Of a stretch of 64,000 nucleotides of DNA, positions 1 to 8,754 are shown in pieces. Source of the stretch: an uncultured Gemmatimonadales bacterium. GTDB lineage: Bacteria > Gemmatimonadota > Gemmatimonadetes > Longimicrobiales > RSA9. The translations under genes were made by a program, and so were the position numbers. The notes under the pieces are model-generated. The model saw only the letters and a list, made by a program, of their open reading frames with translations, was not told where the DNA came from and made no database searches. Each line of letters begins with the position of its first letter. The first letter of the stretch is position 1. The DNA lies in contig CAWCUS010000005.1 of assembly GCA_963798845.1 (NCBI GenBank), positions 288,001 through 352,000 on the forward strand, in the 5' to 3' direction.

Positions 1-2
1 GG

Positions 3-287
3 GAAGCGCGGCCGGACCTGATCGTCCTGGACGTGATGATGGAGAGCATCGTGGAAGGGTACGCAGTGAACCAGGCGATCAAGTTCCAGCCGCAGTTCGA
101 GGCGTACGCGGACATCCCGATCGTGATGGTGAGCAGCATCGAGGAGAGCCCGGACGAGCGGTTCGGGCGAGCGGGGGAAGTGGAGATGGTGCGGCCGACG
201 CGCTACCTGACGAAGCCCCTGGACATTCCGGTCTTCCTCGAGGTGGTTGGCAAGCTGACGCGGCGCGGCGCGGCGGCGGGGTCGTAG
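3..287 (+). CDS. Single-domain response regulator receiver (5' truncated by window edge)
   Basis: Frame from nt 3 reads EARPDLIVLDVMME...IPIVMVSS...YLTKP, i.e. phosphoacceptor Asp, beta4 Ser and KP motifs. Confidence 0.88.
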   Translation, partial: EARPDLIVLDVMMESIVEGYAVNQAIKFQPQFEAYADIPIVMVSSIEESPDERFGRAGEVEMVRPTRYLTKPLDIPVFLEVVGKLTRRGAAAGS

Positions 288-337
288 GGGGGGCGAGGGC
301 TTAGCCTGGGAACGCCGACCGAGCGCCGGAGCGGGGA

Positions 338-1522
338 ATGAGCGAGGAGCGTGAAGGAGCCGAGCGGATCGTCGTGATCGACGACGATTATGCCATGCGG
401 CTGTCGTGCCGACAGATCCTGTCGAAGACGGGCTTCGACGTGGAGGTGTACGAGGACGGGGCGCAGGGCCTGGTGGGTGTGGCGAGCCAGAAGCCGGCGC
501 TGGTGGTGGTGGATCTCAAGATGCCCGGCCTCTCCGGGCTGGACGTGATCCGACGCGTTCACGAGATCGACCCCGAGATCGTGGTGGTGGTGATCACGGG
601 GTACGCCACCATCGGCACGGCGGTGGAAGCGATGAAGTGCGGGGCGTACGACTTCCTGCCGAAGCCGTTCAAGCCGGACGAGCTGCGGATGATCGTGAGC
701 CGCGGACTGGAGCGCCGGCGTCTGCTGCTGCGCTCGCGGGAGCTGGAGATGGAGCGGGAGCTGATGAAGCGGCGCTTCATGAGCTTCATGACCCATCAGC
801 TGAAGTCTCCATTGGCGGCGATCCATCAGTACCTGGAGGTGCTGAAGCGTCTGGGAGACACGCCCGAGATGGAAGAGAAGCGGGCGGAATGGATCGACCG
901 GTGCCTGAGCCGGACCACGGACCTGAGGCGGTTGATCGACGACTGGCTGACGCTGGCGAAAGCGGAGGGTGGTGGACTGGTCGGGCGTCGGGAACGGGTG
1001 GACGCCAAGAAGGTGGTCGCCGGGCTGCTGGCGGCCTACGAGGAGGTGGCCCGGTCGGCACGAGTGACGCTGTCGTCGGAGATGCCGGCGGACGAGTACC
1101 CGGTGGTAGGGGATCGGAACTGCCTGGTGGTGCTGCTGGAGAACCTGATCACGAACGGCATCGACTACAACCGCCCGGGCGGGAGCGTGACGGTGGGGGC
1201 GCACCAGGAGCCGGGAGAGGTGGTGGTGGAGGTCCGCGACACGGGCGTGGGAATCCCGGCGGAAGCGCAGGGCCTGCTGTTCGAGGAGTTCTTCCGCGTC
1301 CCGGCCGGAGACGAGTCGGCGGGCGCGTCGACGGAAGACGGACGGGGACGGAAGAAGCAGGGGACGGGGCTCGGGCTGCCGATCTGCAGGCGGATCGTGA
1401 ACGAGCTCGGTGGGGGGATCGAGGTGGAGAGCGAGGTGGGGGTGGGGACGACGTTCCGGGTGCGGCTGCCGGCGTACCGGCCGGCACCGCAGCCTGGCGA
1501 ACTGGAGGTGAGCACGGGATGA
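338..1522 (+). CDS. Hybrid receiver-histidine kinase (REC-HisKA-HATPase), cytoplasmic
   Basis: VVIDDD, VDLKMPG, FLPKPF receiver motifs; H-box THQLKSPL, N-box NLITNG, DTGVGI, GTGLGL. Confidence 0.93.
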   Translation: MSEEREGAERIVVIDDDYAMRLSCRQILSKTGFDVEVYEDGAQGLVGVASQKPALVVVDLKMPGLSGLDVIRRVHEIDPEIVVVVITGYATIGTAVEAMKCGAYDFLPKPFKPDELRMIVSRGLERRRLLLRSRELEMERELMKRRFMSFMTHQLKSPLAAIHQYLEVLKRLGDTPEMEEKRAEWIDRCLSRTTDLRRLIDDWLTLAKAEGGGLVGRRERVDAKKVVAGLLAAYEEVARSARVTLSSEMPADEYPVVGDRNCLVVLLENLITNGIDYNRPGGSVTVGAHQEPGEVVVEVRDTGVGIPAEAQGLLFEEFFRVPAGDESAGASTEDGRGRKKQGTGLGLPICRRIVNELGGGIEVESEVGVGTTFRVRLPAYRPAPQPGELEVSTG

Positions 1523-1944
1523 CGAACTCCGAGCGGACCATCCTGGTGGTCGACGACGACCGGGACTACTCCGAGAGCCTTTCCACGTTCCTGCGGGCGC
1601 ACGGCTACCGCGTGGTGCAGGCGTTCGACGGGCGGGAGGGGCTGAAGCTAGCCCGGCTGGAGCAGCCGGAGCTGATCGTGATGGACGTGATCATGAACGA
1701 GCGGACGGAGGGGTTCTTCACCGTCCAGGAGATGCGTCACGAGCCGTCGCTGGACGGGGTCCCGATCTTCGTGGCGAGCTCGCTCTACGCCCAGGTGCCC
1801 GATTTCAAGATCGAGCCGGACCGGGGCTGGCTGGCGCACGACGAGTTCTTCGCGAAGCCGGTGGACCTGGACGCGCTGCTGGGCAGGATCGCGGCGCGGC
1901 TGAATGCGGAACCGGAGCCCGGAACCGGGGGGAGGATCGCGTGA
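1519..1944 (+). CDS. Single-domain response regulator receiver
   Basis: ATG at 1519 overlaps upstream TGA (ATGA); ILVVDDD, IVMDVIM, FAKPVD. Confidence 0.92.
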   Translation: MTNSERTILVVDDDRDYSESLSTFLRAHGYRVVQAFDGREGLKLARLEQPELIVMDVIMNERTEGFFTVQEMRHEPSLDGVPIFVASSLYAQVPDFKIEPDRGWLAHDEFFAKPVDLDALLGRIAARLNAEPEPGTGGRIA

Positions 1945-2969
1945 AGACCCTGCGAATGCCGAAGGACCGGCTCGATTTCTTCGCCTCCGTGCTCCAGCAG
2001 TTCGGGGAGGTCCACGCACCGGTGGAGCAGGACGGGGGCTACGCGTTCCAGCGCCTGCTGCGCTGGTCGGACGCGCGACTCGAGTACGACCGCACCGTGC
2101 TCCCGCCGAAGAAGTACTTCCTTCCTCCGCGGGAGACGCTGTTCACGTACGATGCGGTCAAGGGATACCAGGCGGGGTCGGAGGACCTGGACCGGCGCAT
2201 CATCCTGTTCGGGGTTCACGCCTGCGACATCTACGGGATCAACATCCTGGACGAGGTGTTCGGCGGAAAGTACCCGGACCCGTACTACCGGGCCCGGCGG
2301 CGGAACGTGGCGGTGATCGGGATCGACTGCACGCCGGACGAGCACTGTTTCTGCCGCTCGATGCGCGCCGACTTCGTGGACCACGGGTTCGACCTCTTCT
2401 TCTACGACATTGGCGACTACTACCTGACGCTGGTCGGCACCGCGCTCGGCGATGACATGGTGCTGGCCACCGGGTCGCTGTTCGAGGAGGTGGAGCCGGC
2501 GGACGTGGAGGAGTACAAGCGCCGCTCGTCGCTGAAAGCGGATGCCTTCCAGCTCGACGTCGACATCCGCGACCTCCCCGAAATCTTCGAGATGGAGTAC
2601 GGCGCGGAGATCTGGGAGGAGCTCGGGGAGAAGTGTCTGGCGTGCGGCAACTGCAGCATGGTCTGCCCCACGTGCTACTGCTACGACGTGAAGGACACGG
2701 TCGCCGCCGGGACGAGCAGCGGGTCCCGCCTGCGTTGCTGGGATTCCTGCCTGTTCTCCTCCCACGCCGCGGTGGCGGGCGGTGAGAACTTCCGCGAGCA
2801 CCGGGCGGACCGGATCAAGTTCCGGTTCTACCACAAGCAGCGGGGATTCGTGGCGGAGTACGGACGGCCGAGCTGCGTGGGGTGCGGCCGCTGCATCGTG
2901 GCCTGCCCCGTGGGGATCCACATCGCCCACGTGCTGAACGAGCTGAGGGGGGTGCACCATGAGGGCTGA
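1941..2969 (+). CDS. hydB: Group 3b [NiFe] hydrogenase (sulfhydrogenase) beta subunit, 4Fe-4S dicluster, AsrA-like
   Basis: PPKKYF, GVHACD, CFC, CLACGNCSMVCPTCYC, WDSC, CVGCGRCIVACP; operon position. Confidence 0.92.
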   Translation: MKTLRMPKDRLDFFASVLQQFGEVHAPVEQDGGYAFQRLLRWSDARLEYDRTVLPPKKYFLPPRETLFTYDAVKGYQAGSEDLDRRIILFGVHACDIYGINILDEVFGGKYPDPYYRARRRNVAVIGIDCTPDEHCFCRSMRADFVDHGFDLFFYDIGDYYLTLVGTALGDDMVLATGSLFEEVEPADVEEYKRRSSLKADAFQLDVDIRDLPEIFEMEYGAEIWEELGEKCLACGNCSMVCPTCYCYDVKDTVAAGTSSGSRLRCWDSCLFSSHAAVAGGENFREHRADRIKFRFYHKQRGFVAEYGRPSCVGCGRCIVACPVGIHIAHVLNELRGVHHEG

Positions 2970-3837
2970 GACGCTGACCACGGGCTGGCGGCCGGCCCCG
3001 GACTGGGAAGCCAATCCGTACCAGCCGGCGAACGCCCGAATCGTGCGGATCTTCAAGATGGTCCCGGACCATTACGTGTTCACGCTCCGGTTCGAGGATG
3101 AGAAGGCGGCGGACGCGTTCCGGCACCGGCCCGGGCAGTTCGTCATGCTGAGCGTCCCCGGCGCAGGCGAGGCGCCGATCTCCATCTCCTCGCCGCCCAC
3201 GCGCCGCGGTTACCTGGAGCTGTGCGTGCGACGGACCGGGCGCGTCACGAACGCTCTCTACCGTCTGCGCATGAACGACGTAGTGGGCCTGCGGGGGCCG
3301 TACGGGAACGGCTATCCGCTGGAACAGATGGAGGGCGGTGACCTGCTCCTGGCTGCGGGCGGGCTCGGGATGGCGCCGCTGCGCTCGCTGCTCTGGTACG
3401 CGCTGGACGAGCGCGAGAAGTTCGGCCGCGTGATCCTGATGTACGGGGGCCGCGAGCCGGCGCTCATGCTCTTCCGGGAGGAGATGGTCTCCCTTCTGGA
3501 CCGGGAAGACCTGGAGTGTCTGCTCACCGTGGACCGGGACCCGACGGGTACGTGGCCCGGTCACATCGGAGTGCTCGCGAGCCTGTTCGACGGCGTGTCG
3601 CTCGAGCCGGCCGTGACGCACGCGTGCGTGTGCGGCCCGCCCGTGGTGTACAAGTACGTGCTCGAGCGGCTGCTGGCGCTGGGGTTCTCGAAGGACAGGA
3701 TCCTCATGTCGCTGGAGCGGCGGATGAAGTGCGGCGTGGGCAAGTGCGGCCACTGCAGCATCGGCTACAAGACGACGTGCATCCACGGTCCGATCTTCAC
3801 GTACTGGGATGCCATCAACCTGCCGGAGATGATCTGA
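2959..3837 (+). CDS. hydG: Group 3b hydrogenase gamma subunit, FAD/NAD(P)-binding with 2Fe-2S
   Basis: PGQFVMLS, GEAPISISS, RGPYGNG, AGGLGMAP, CGPP, SLERRMKCGVGKCGHC. Confidence 0.93.
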   Translation: MRAETLTTGWRPAPDWEANPYQPANARIVRIFKMVPDHYVFTLRFEDEKAADAFRHRPGQFVMLSVPGAGEAPISISSPPTRRGYLELCVRRTGRVTNALYRLRMNDVVGLRGPYGNGYPLEQMEGGDLLLAAGGLGMAPLRSLLWYALDEREKFGRVILMYGGREPALMLFREEMVSLLDREDLECLLTVDRDPTGTWPGHIGVLASLFDGVSLEPAVTHACVCGPPVVYKYVLERLLALGFSKDRILMSLERRMKCGVGKCGHCSIGYKTTCIHGPIFTYWDAINLPEMI

Positions 3838-4589
3838 TGGGCAAGCCGACTGTAGGCATCTTCGGGCTCACGGGGTGCGCGGGGGACCAGCTGGCGATCC
3901 TGAACTGCGAGGACGAGCTGCTCCAGATCGTGGAGCTGCTGGACGTGCGCGACTTCCTGATGGCGAGCTCCGGCAACGACACGGCCGCCCATCTCGACAT
4001 CGCGCTGGTGGAAGGTGCCGTGCTGAGCCGACGGGACGAGGAGACGCTGAAGGAGATCCGGGCGCGGGCGGGGCTCGTCGTCGCCCTGGGCACGTGCGCC
4101 ATGCACGGCGGGGTCCCGATCATGGACCGGGACCACGACCGCGACGCCCTTCTGCGCCGCGTCTACGGAAGCGCGGGCGTACACTACGACGCCCACCCCA
4201 CCCGGCCGCTGCACCAGGTGGTCAAGGTGGACATGGGGATTCCCGGATGCCCGATCGAGAAAGACGAGTTCCTGGCGGCGATCGCGCACCTGCTGCACGG
4301 CGACCCGCCGCTCGCGGCGGCCTATCCGGTGTGCACCGAGTGCAAGGTCCGGGAGACGCAATGCCTGCTGGCACAGCCCGGCGCCTTCTGCATGGGTCCG
4401 GTCACGGCGGCCGGGTGCGGGGCACGCTGTCCGGCGCTGAGGATCGGCTGCGTCGGGTGCCGGGGACCGGCCGTGGACGCGAACCCCGCATCGCTGGCGG
4501 CGACATACGTGGAGCGCGGGATGCGGCCGGAAGCCGTCGCCCGGAAGATGAGGACGTTTGCGGCGACCCCCGTGGGGGAGGGCAACTGA
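3837..4589 (+). CDS. hydD: Group 3b hydrogenase small (delta) subunit
   Basis: ATG overlaps upstream TGA; GLTGCAGDQL, VEGAV, GTCA, PGCP, VCTEC, CMGPVT, GCGARCP, CVGCRG. Confidence 0.92.
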   Translation: MGKPTVGIFGLTGCAGDQLAILNCEDELLQIVELLDVRDFLMASSGNDTAAHLDIALVEGAVLSRRDEETLKEIRARAGLVVALGTCAMHGGVPIMDRDHDRDALLRRVYGSAGVHYDAHPTRPLHQVVKVDMGIPGCPIEKDEFLAAIAHLLHGDPPLAAAYPVCTECKVRETQCLLAQPGAFCMGPVTAAGCGARCPALRIGCVGCRGPAVDANPASLAATYVERGMRPEAVARKMRTFAATPVGEGN

Positions 4590-4590
4590 G

Positions 4591-5910
4591 ATGAGGAGCA
4601 CGACAGCGGTGGCCGGGCGACGCACCATCAAGGTGGATCACCTGGCGCGGGTCGAGGGGCACGGCGGGATCACCGTGGAGCTGGACGAGGATCGGATCGA
4701 GGCGGTCCGGTTCGACGTGTTCGAGGGAATCCGGCTCATCGAGGGGCTGGTGGGCGGTCGCAGCTGGGAGGACGTGTCGCAGATCGTGTCGCGCATCTGC
4801 GCCATCTGCTCCGTGGCCCACGCCCTGACTTCGATCCGGGCGACCGAGCGTGCCTTCGGCATCCAGCCCACGCACCAGACGGACCTCCTCCGGGACCTCA
4901 TGTGGCGGGGGGAGAACATCGAGAGCCACGCGCTCCACATCTTCCTCCTGGCCGCGCCGGACTACCTGGGCTACCCGAGCGCCCCGGCCATGGCGGCCGA
5001 TCACCCGGACGCGGTGGCGCTCGGACTTCGGCTGAAGCAGCTGGGAAACCGGATCCAGGAACTGATCGGCGGGCGGGCCATTCACCCGGTGAACGCCATC
5101 CCGGGCGGGTTCGGACGGGTGCCGGGGGAAGCGGCGCTCATCGAGCTGCGCTGCCAGCTGGAGCAGGCGAAGCCCGACATCGAGCGGACGCTGGAGCTCC
5201 TGCGCTCGCTGCCACGGACGGAGCCGCTGGACGCAGACACGGTGTACGCGGCGCTCCGTCCGGACAGGGAGTACCGCTACGACCAGGGCACCGAGGTGGT
5301 GTTCCTGCGGGACGGCAAGCGGCGGAGCGTCCCGGTGGACTCGCTGCGGAAGGTGGCGCCGGAGCACACCGTCGCCCATTCGCACGCGAAGCACACCACG
5401 CTCGACGGGCGGCCATTCATGGTGGGAGCGCTCGCGCGCCTGGCGGTGAACCGCGACCTGCTGCCGGATCGCGCCGCAGAGCTCCTCGACGACCTTGCCA
5501 TCCAGCTCCCGTCGCGCGACCCGCTGGACAACAACAAGGCCCAGGGAATCGAGCTGGCGCTCGACATCGACCGCTCCATCGAGCTCGTCGATGAGCTCCT
5601 CTCCCGAGGGCCGGAGCCGCAGCTCCCGCTCCGAATCCGGCCGCGCGCGGGGACGGGGACCGTGGTCAGCGAAGCGCCGCGTGGCACGCTGCTCCACAGC
5701 TACACGTACAACTCGGCCGGCAGCATCACGGCCGCCGACGTGATCACGCCCACGGCCTTCAACGCCGCGAGCCTGGAGGAGCACTTCCGCGCCGCAGTGC
5801 GCCGCGACGGCGTGGAGCACGAGGCCGCGCTCAAGCACACGCTGGAGATGATCGCTCGGGCCTACGACCCGTGCATCTCGTGCTCAGTACACCTCGTGAG
5901 GAGGAGGTAG
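4591..5910 (+). CDS. hydA: Group 3b [NiFe] hydrogenase large (alpha) subunit
   Basis: RVEGHG, L1 SRICAICSVAH, EAPRG, L2 RAYDPCISCSVH followed by short cleavable tail LVRRR. Confidence 0.96.
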   Translation: MRSTTAVAGRRTIKVDHLARVEGHGGITVELDEDRIEAVRFDVFEGIRLIEGLVGGRSWEDVSQIVSRICAICSVAHALTSIRATERAFGIQPTHQTDLLRDLMWRGENIESHALHIFLLAAPDYLGYPSAPAMAADHPDAVALGLRLKQLGNRIQELIGGRAIHPVNAIPGGFGRVPGEAALIELRCQLEQAKPDIERTLELLRSLPRTEPLDADTVYAALRPDREYRYDQGTEVVFLRDGKRRSVPVDSLRKVAPEHTVAHSHAKHTTLDGRPFMVGALARLAVNRDLLPDRAAELLDDLAIQLPSRDPLDNNKAQGIELALDIDRSIELVDELLSRGPEPQLPLRIRPRAGTGTVVSEAPRGTLLHSYTYNSAGSITAADVITPTAFNAASLEEHFRAAVRRDGVEHEAALKHTLEMIARAYDPCISCSVHLVRRR

Positions 5911-5918
5911 CGACTGGA

Positions 5919-7988
5919 GTGATCCGGGCCTTCTTCCGGAACCTGTCCCTCAGCGCCAAGCTGATCGCGAGCTATCTCGTCTTTCTCGGGATCGGCGGCC
6001 TGGCCATCACGGTGGTAGGCTCCACCATCGTGAGCTCCACCATCATGGCGGAGGCCGAACGCACGGTGAGCCACGACCTCGCCATCGCCCGGGCGATGTA
6101 CCGCCAGGACGTGCGGCTCCTCGACCGCACCGTGCGCGTGGCCGCCGCCGGAGACGAGCTCCGCGACCTCCTGCTGAGCGACGACACCGCGGCCATCCGC
6201 AGCTACCTCGGCCGGGTCCGCGCTCCCGGGCGTATGGACTTCCTGTCCGTGGCCGGCCCCGACGGCCGAGTCAGGGTCCGGGCTGCCCCCGGAGGCACCC
6301 GGCTCGATGATGCCGGCGCGCTCCCGGTGGTGGCGCAGGCGCTCGAGACCGGTCGGCCGCAGTCGGGGACCATGGTCATGTCCGCCGCCGAGCTCGAGCG
6401 GGAGGACCCGGCGCTGCGGACGCGCGCCCGCGTGCGCCTCAGCCCGACCCCCCGGGCAGAGCCCTCGGCGCGCCGCGAGGTCACGTCCGGCCTCGTCCTC
6501 TCCGCGGCCGCCCCCCTGCGCGCCGCCGACGGCCGCACCGTAGGGGTCCTCTACGCCGGACACCTGCTCAACGGCGACTTCGGGATCGTGGACGCCGTCT
6601 GGAACGAGCTGTACCGGGACAACACCAGCGGCGTGGGGGAGCTCGCCGGCACGGTCACCCTCTTCCTCGGCGACGTGCGCGTCTCCACCAACGTCCGCAC
6701 ACCCACGGGGGAGCGCGCCACGGGCACGCGCGTGTCGGCCCCGGTGGCCGAAGCGGTGCTGCAGCAAGGCGAGCGGTGGAACGGGCGCGCCTTCGTCGTG
6801 GACGACTGGTTCATCACCGCGTATGAGCCGCTGCGCGACGTCACCGGCAGAATCGTCGGGATGCTCTACGTCGGGCTGCCGGAGGCCTCCTACGTGGCCA
6901 CGCGCAACCGCGTCATCCTGTCCTTCATCGGGATCGCGACGGTCGGCTTCCTCCTCGTTCTCGCGGTCACCTACATCGGCATCCAGCGCATGACCCGGCC
7001 GCTCGCCCAGATGGTCGACGCCACGCGCAGCATCGCCGGGGGCGACTTCGACCACGAAGTGGAGGTCGACCCGCGCTCCGAAGGCGAGATCTCCCGCCTC
7101 GCCGGCTCCTTCAACTTCATGCTCCAGGGGCTGCGAGAGATGCGCGGCGACGTCGAGGAGTGGGCGCTGACGCTGGAAGAGAAGGTCCGCGAACGGACGG
7201 CTGAGCTGGTCAAGATGCAGGCCAGGGTGGCCCAGTCGGAGCGGCTGGCGTCGCTCGGGATGCTCGCCGCCGGCGTCGCCCACGAGGTGAACAATCCGCT
7301 GGGCGGCATCCTGGCGCTGACGTCGCTCACCCTCGAGGAGCTTCCCGAAGACCACCCGGAGCGGGAGAACCTGGAGGAAGTGGTCCGGCAGACCGAGCGC
7401 TGCCGCGACCTCGTCAAGCACCTCCTGGAGTTCTCACGCCAGACCGAGGTGAGCCCGGAGGAGATGAGCCTCAACGACGTGATCGAGCGCACGCTCGCCC
7501 TGCTGCGCCGCCAGTCGCTCTTCTTCAACGTCCGTGTCGACACGCACCTCGACCCCGACCTGCCCCCGATCTTCGGCGACAGCTCCCAGCTCGAGCAGGT
7601 GTTCATGAACATCCTCATGAACGCCGTCCAGGCCATGGACGAGCAGGGCACGATCACCATCACCACGCAACGTGCCGCCGGCGACGATGCCTTCGTCGAG
7701 CTCCTCTTCGCCGACACCGGCAAAGGCATCCCCCCGGAGCACCTCGGGCGCATCTTCGACCCCTTCTTCAGCACCGGCAAGGGCGGCCAGGGCACCGGTC
7801 TCGGACTCTCCATCGCCTACGGCATCATCAGCAAACACCGGGGCACCATCTCCGTCGAGAGCGACGTCGGCGTCGGCACCAGCTTCACCATCCGCCTCCC
7901 CGTCGCCGCCCGCTTTGCCGGCGCCGCCGAGGAGGACGGGATCGGGATTCCGGTCGTCGCCTGGCTCGGATCAGGAGGAGCAGAATGA
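5919..7988 (+). CDS. Membrane sensor histidine kinase (extracytoplasmic Cache-like domain, HAMP, NtrB-type HisKA/HATPase)
   Basis: Two TM segments; TVTLFLGDVRVSTNV...ERATGT, AYEPLRD...IVGMLYVG; AGVAHEVNNPL, QVFMNILMNA, FDPFF, GTGLGL. Confidence 0.93.
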   Translation: MIRAFFRNLSLSAKLIASYLVFLGIGGLAITVVGSTIVSSTIMAEAERTVSHDLAIARAMYRQDVRLLDRTVRVAAAGDELRDLLLSDDTAAIRSYLGRVRAPGRMDFLSVAGPDGRVRVRAAPGGTRLDDAGALPVVAQALETGRPQSGTMVMSAAELEREDPALRTRARVRLSPTPRAEPSARREVTSGLVLSAAAPLRAADGRTVGVLYAGHLLNGDFGIVDAVWNELYRDNTSGVGELAGTVTLFLGDVRVSTNVRTPTGERATGTRVSAPVAEAVLQQGERWNGRAFVVDDWFITAYEPLRDVTGRIVGMLYVGLPEASYVATRNRVILSFIGIATVGFLLVLAVTYIGIQRMTRPLAQMVDATRSIAGGDFDHEVEVDPRSEGEISRLAGSFNFMLQGLREMRGDVEEWALTLEEKVRERTAELVKMQARVAQSERLASLGMLAAGVAHEVNNPLGGILALTSLTLEELPEDHPERENLEEVVRQTERCRDLVKHLLEFSRQTEVSPEEMSLNDVIERTLALLRRQSLFFNVRVDTHLDPDLPPIFGDSSQLEQVFMNILMNAVQAMDEQGTITITTQRAAGDDAFVELLFADTGKGIPPEHLGRIFDPFFSTGKGGQGTGLGLSIAYGIISKHRGTISVESDVGVGTSFTIRLPVAARFAGAAEEDGIGIPVVAWLGSGGAE

Positions 7989-8455
7989 CCGCTGAGCATC
8001 CCGTACTCGTCGTGGGCCTCGGGAATCCCCTCTCCGGCGACAATGGCGTCGGCTGCGCCCTCGCCCATGCCCTCGCCGCCCGCGCCGACCTCCCCGCCCA
8101 CGTCGAGGTCATCGAAGGCGGCAGCGACCTCCTCCGCCTCGAAAGCCGCCTCGAGGACCGCCGCTGGATCCTCCTCGTCGACGCCCTCCTCGACCCCGAC
8201 CAGCCCGGACGCCTGCTCCGCTTCGACGGCGACCTCGACGAGCTCGACCACCACGGCGGCAGCGTACACCACATGCCGCCCACCGCCGCCCTGCGCCTGC
8301 TCCGCTGCCTCTACCCTGCCCTCGCCGCTGTCCCCGTCACCTTCCTCGGCGTCACCATCGACGGTGCCACCGTGAGCACCAGCCTCTCCCCCGAGCTCGA
8401 CGCCCGCCTCGACGACCTCGCCGACGAGATCCTCGGCCTCATCGCCGGACGCTAG
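7985..8455 (+). CDS. Hydrogenase maturation endopeptidase (HybD/HycI family)
   Basis: VVGLGNPLSGDNGVG, ILLVDA, SVHH; coupled to the hydrogenase operon. Confidence 0.9.
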   Translation: MTAEHPVLVVGLGNPLSGDNGVGCALAHALAARADLPAHVEVIEGGSDLLRLESRLEDRRWILLVDALLDPDQPGRLLRFDGDLDELDHHGGSVHHMPPTAALRLLRCLYPALAAVPVTFLGVTIDGATVSTSLSPELDARLDDLADEILGLIAGR

Positions 8456-8754
8456 CCGCCGACGGCGCGCCGCCCCGCCGTCCGCCGCGCGCCAGCGCGG
8501 GCTCTTCCGCGCCTGCCTTCGACGGCGACCGACCGCGGGCGCGTCGTTCCGGCCCATTGGCTCCGACCGGATGCAAGCGCCGCGGGTGTAGGGGTTTGCC
8601 TGACATCCTGCGGCCCTCGACGTAGGGAAACACACCACAACACTCTTGCGCTTTGGGTCGGGCGGATCCATCGTCCGCTTTTACAATGCCAAGGTCCAGA
8701 ACCGGCGGCAGCCGTCCCGGCTACGCCCGGATCCCCCCTGTTTCGGAGGTTTGG

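Noticed and set aside
7400..8455. Local shift from G-rich to C-rich third positions as a sign of foreign DNA
   Set aside because: The shift occurs within continuous ORFs and overall GC looks unchanged; cannot be quantified by eye
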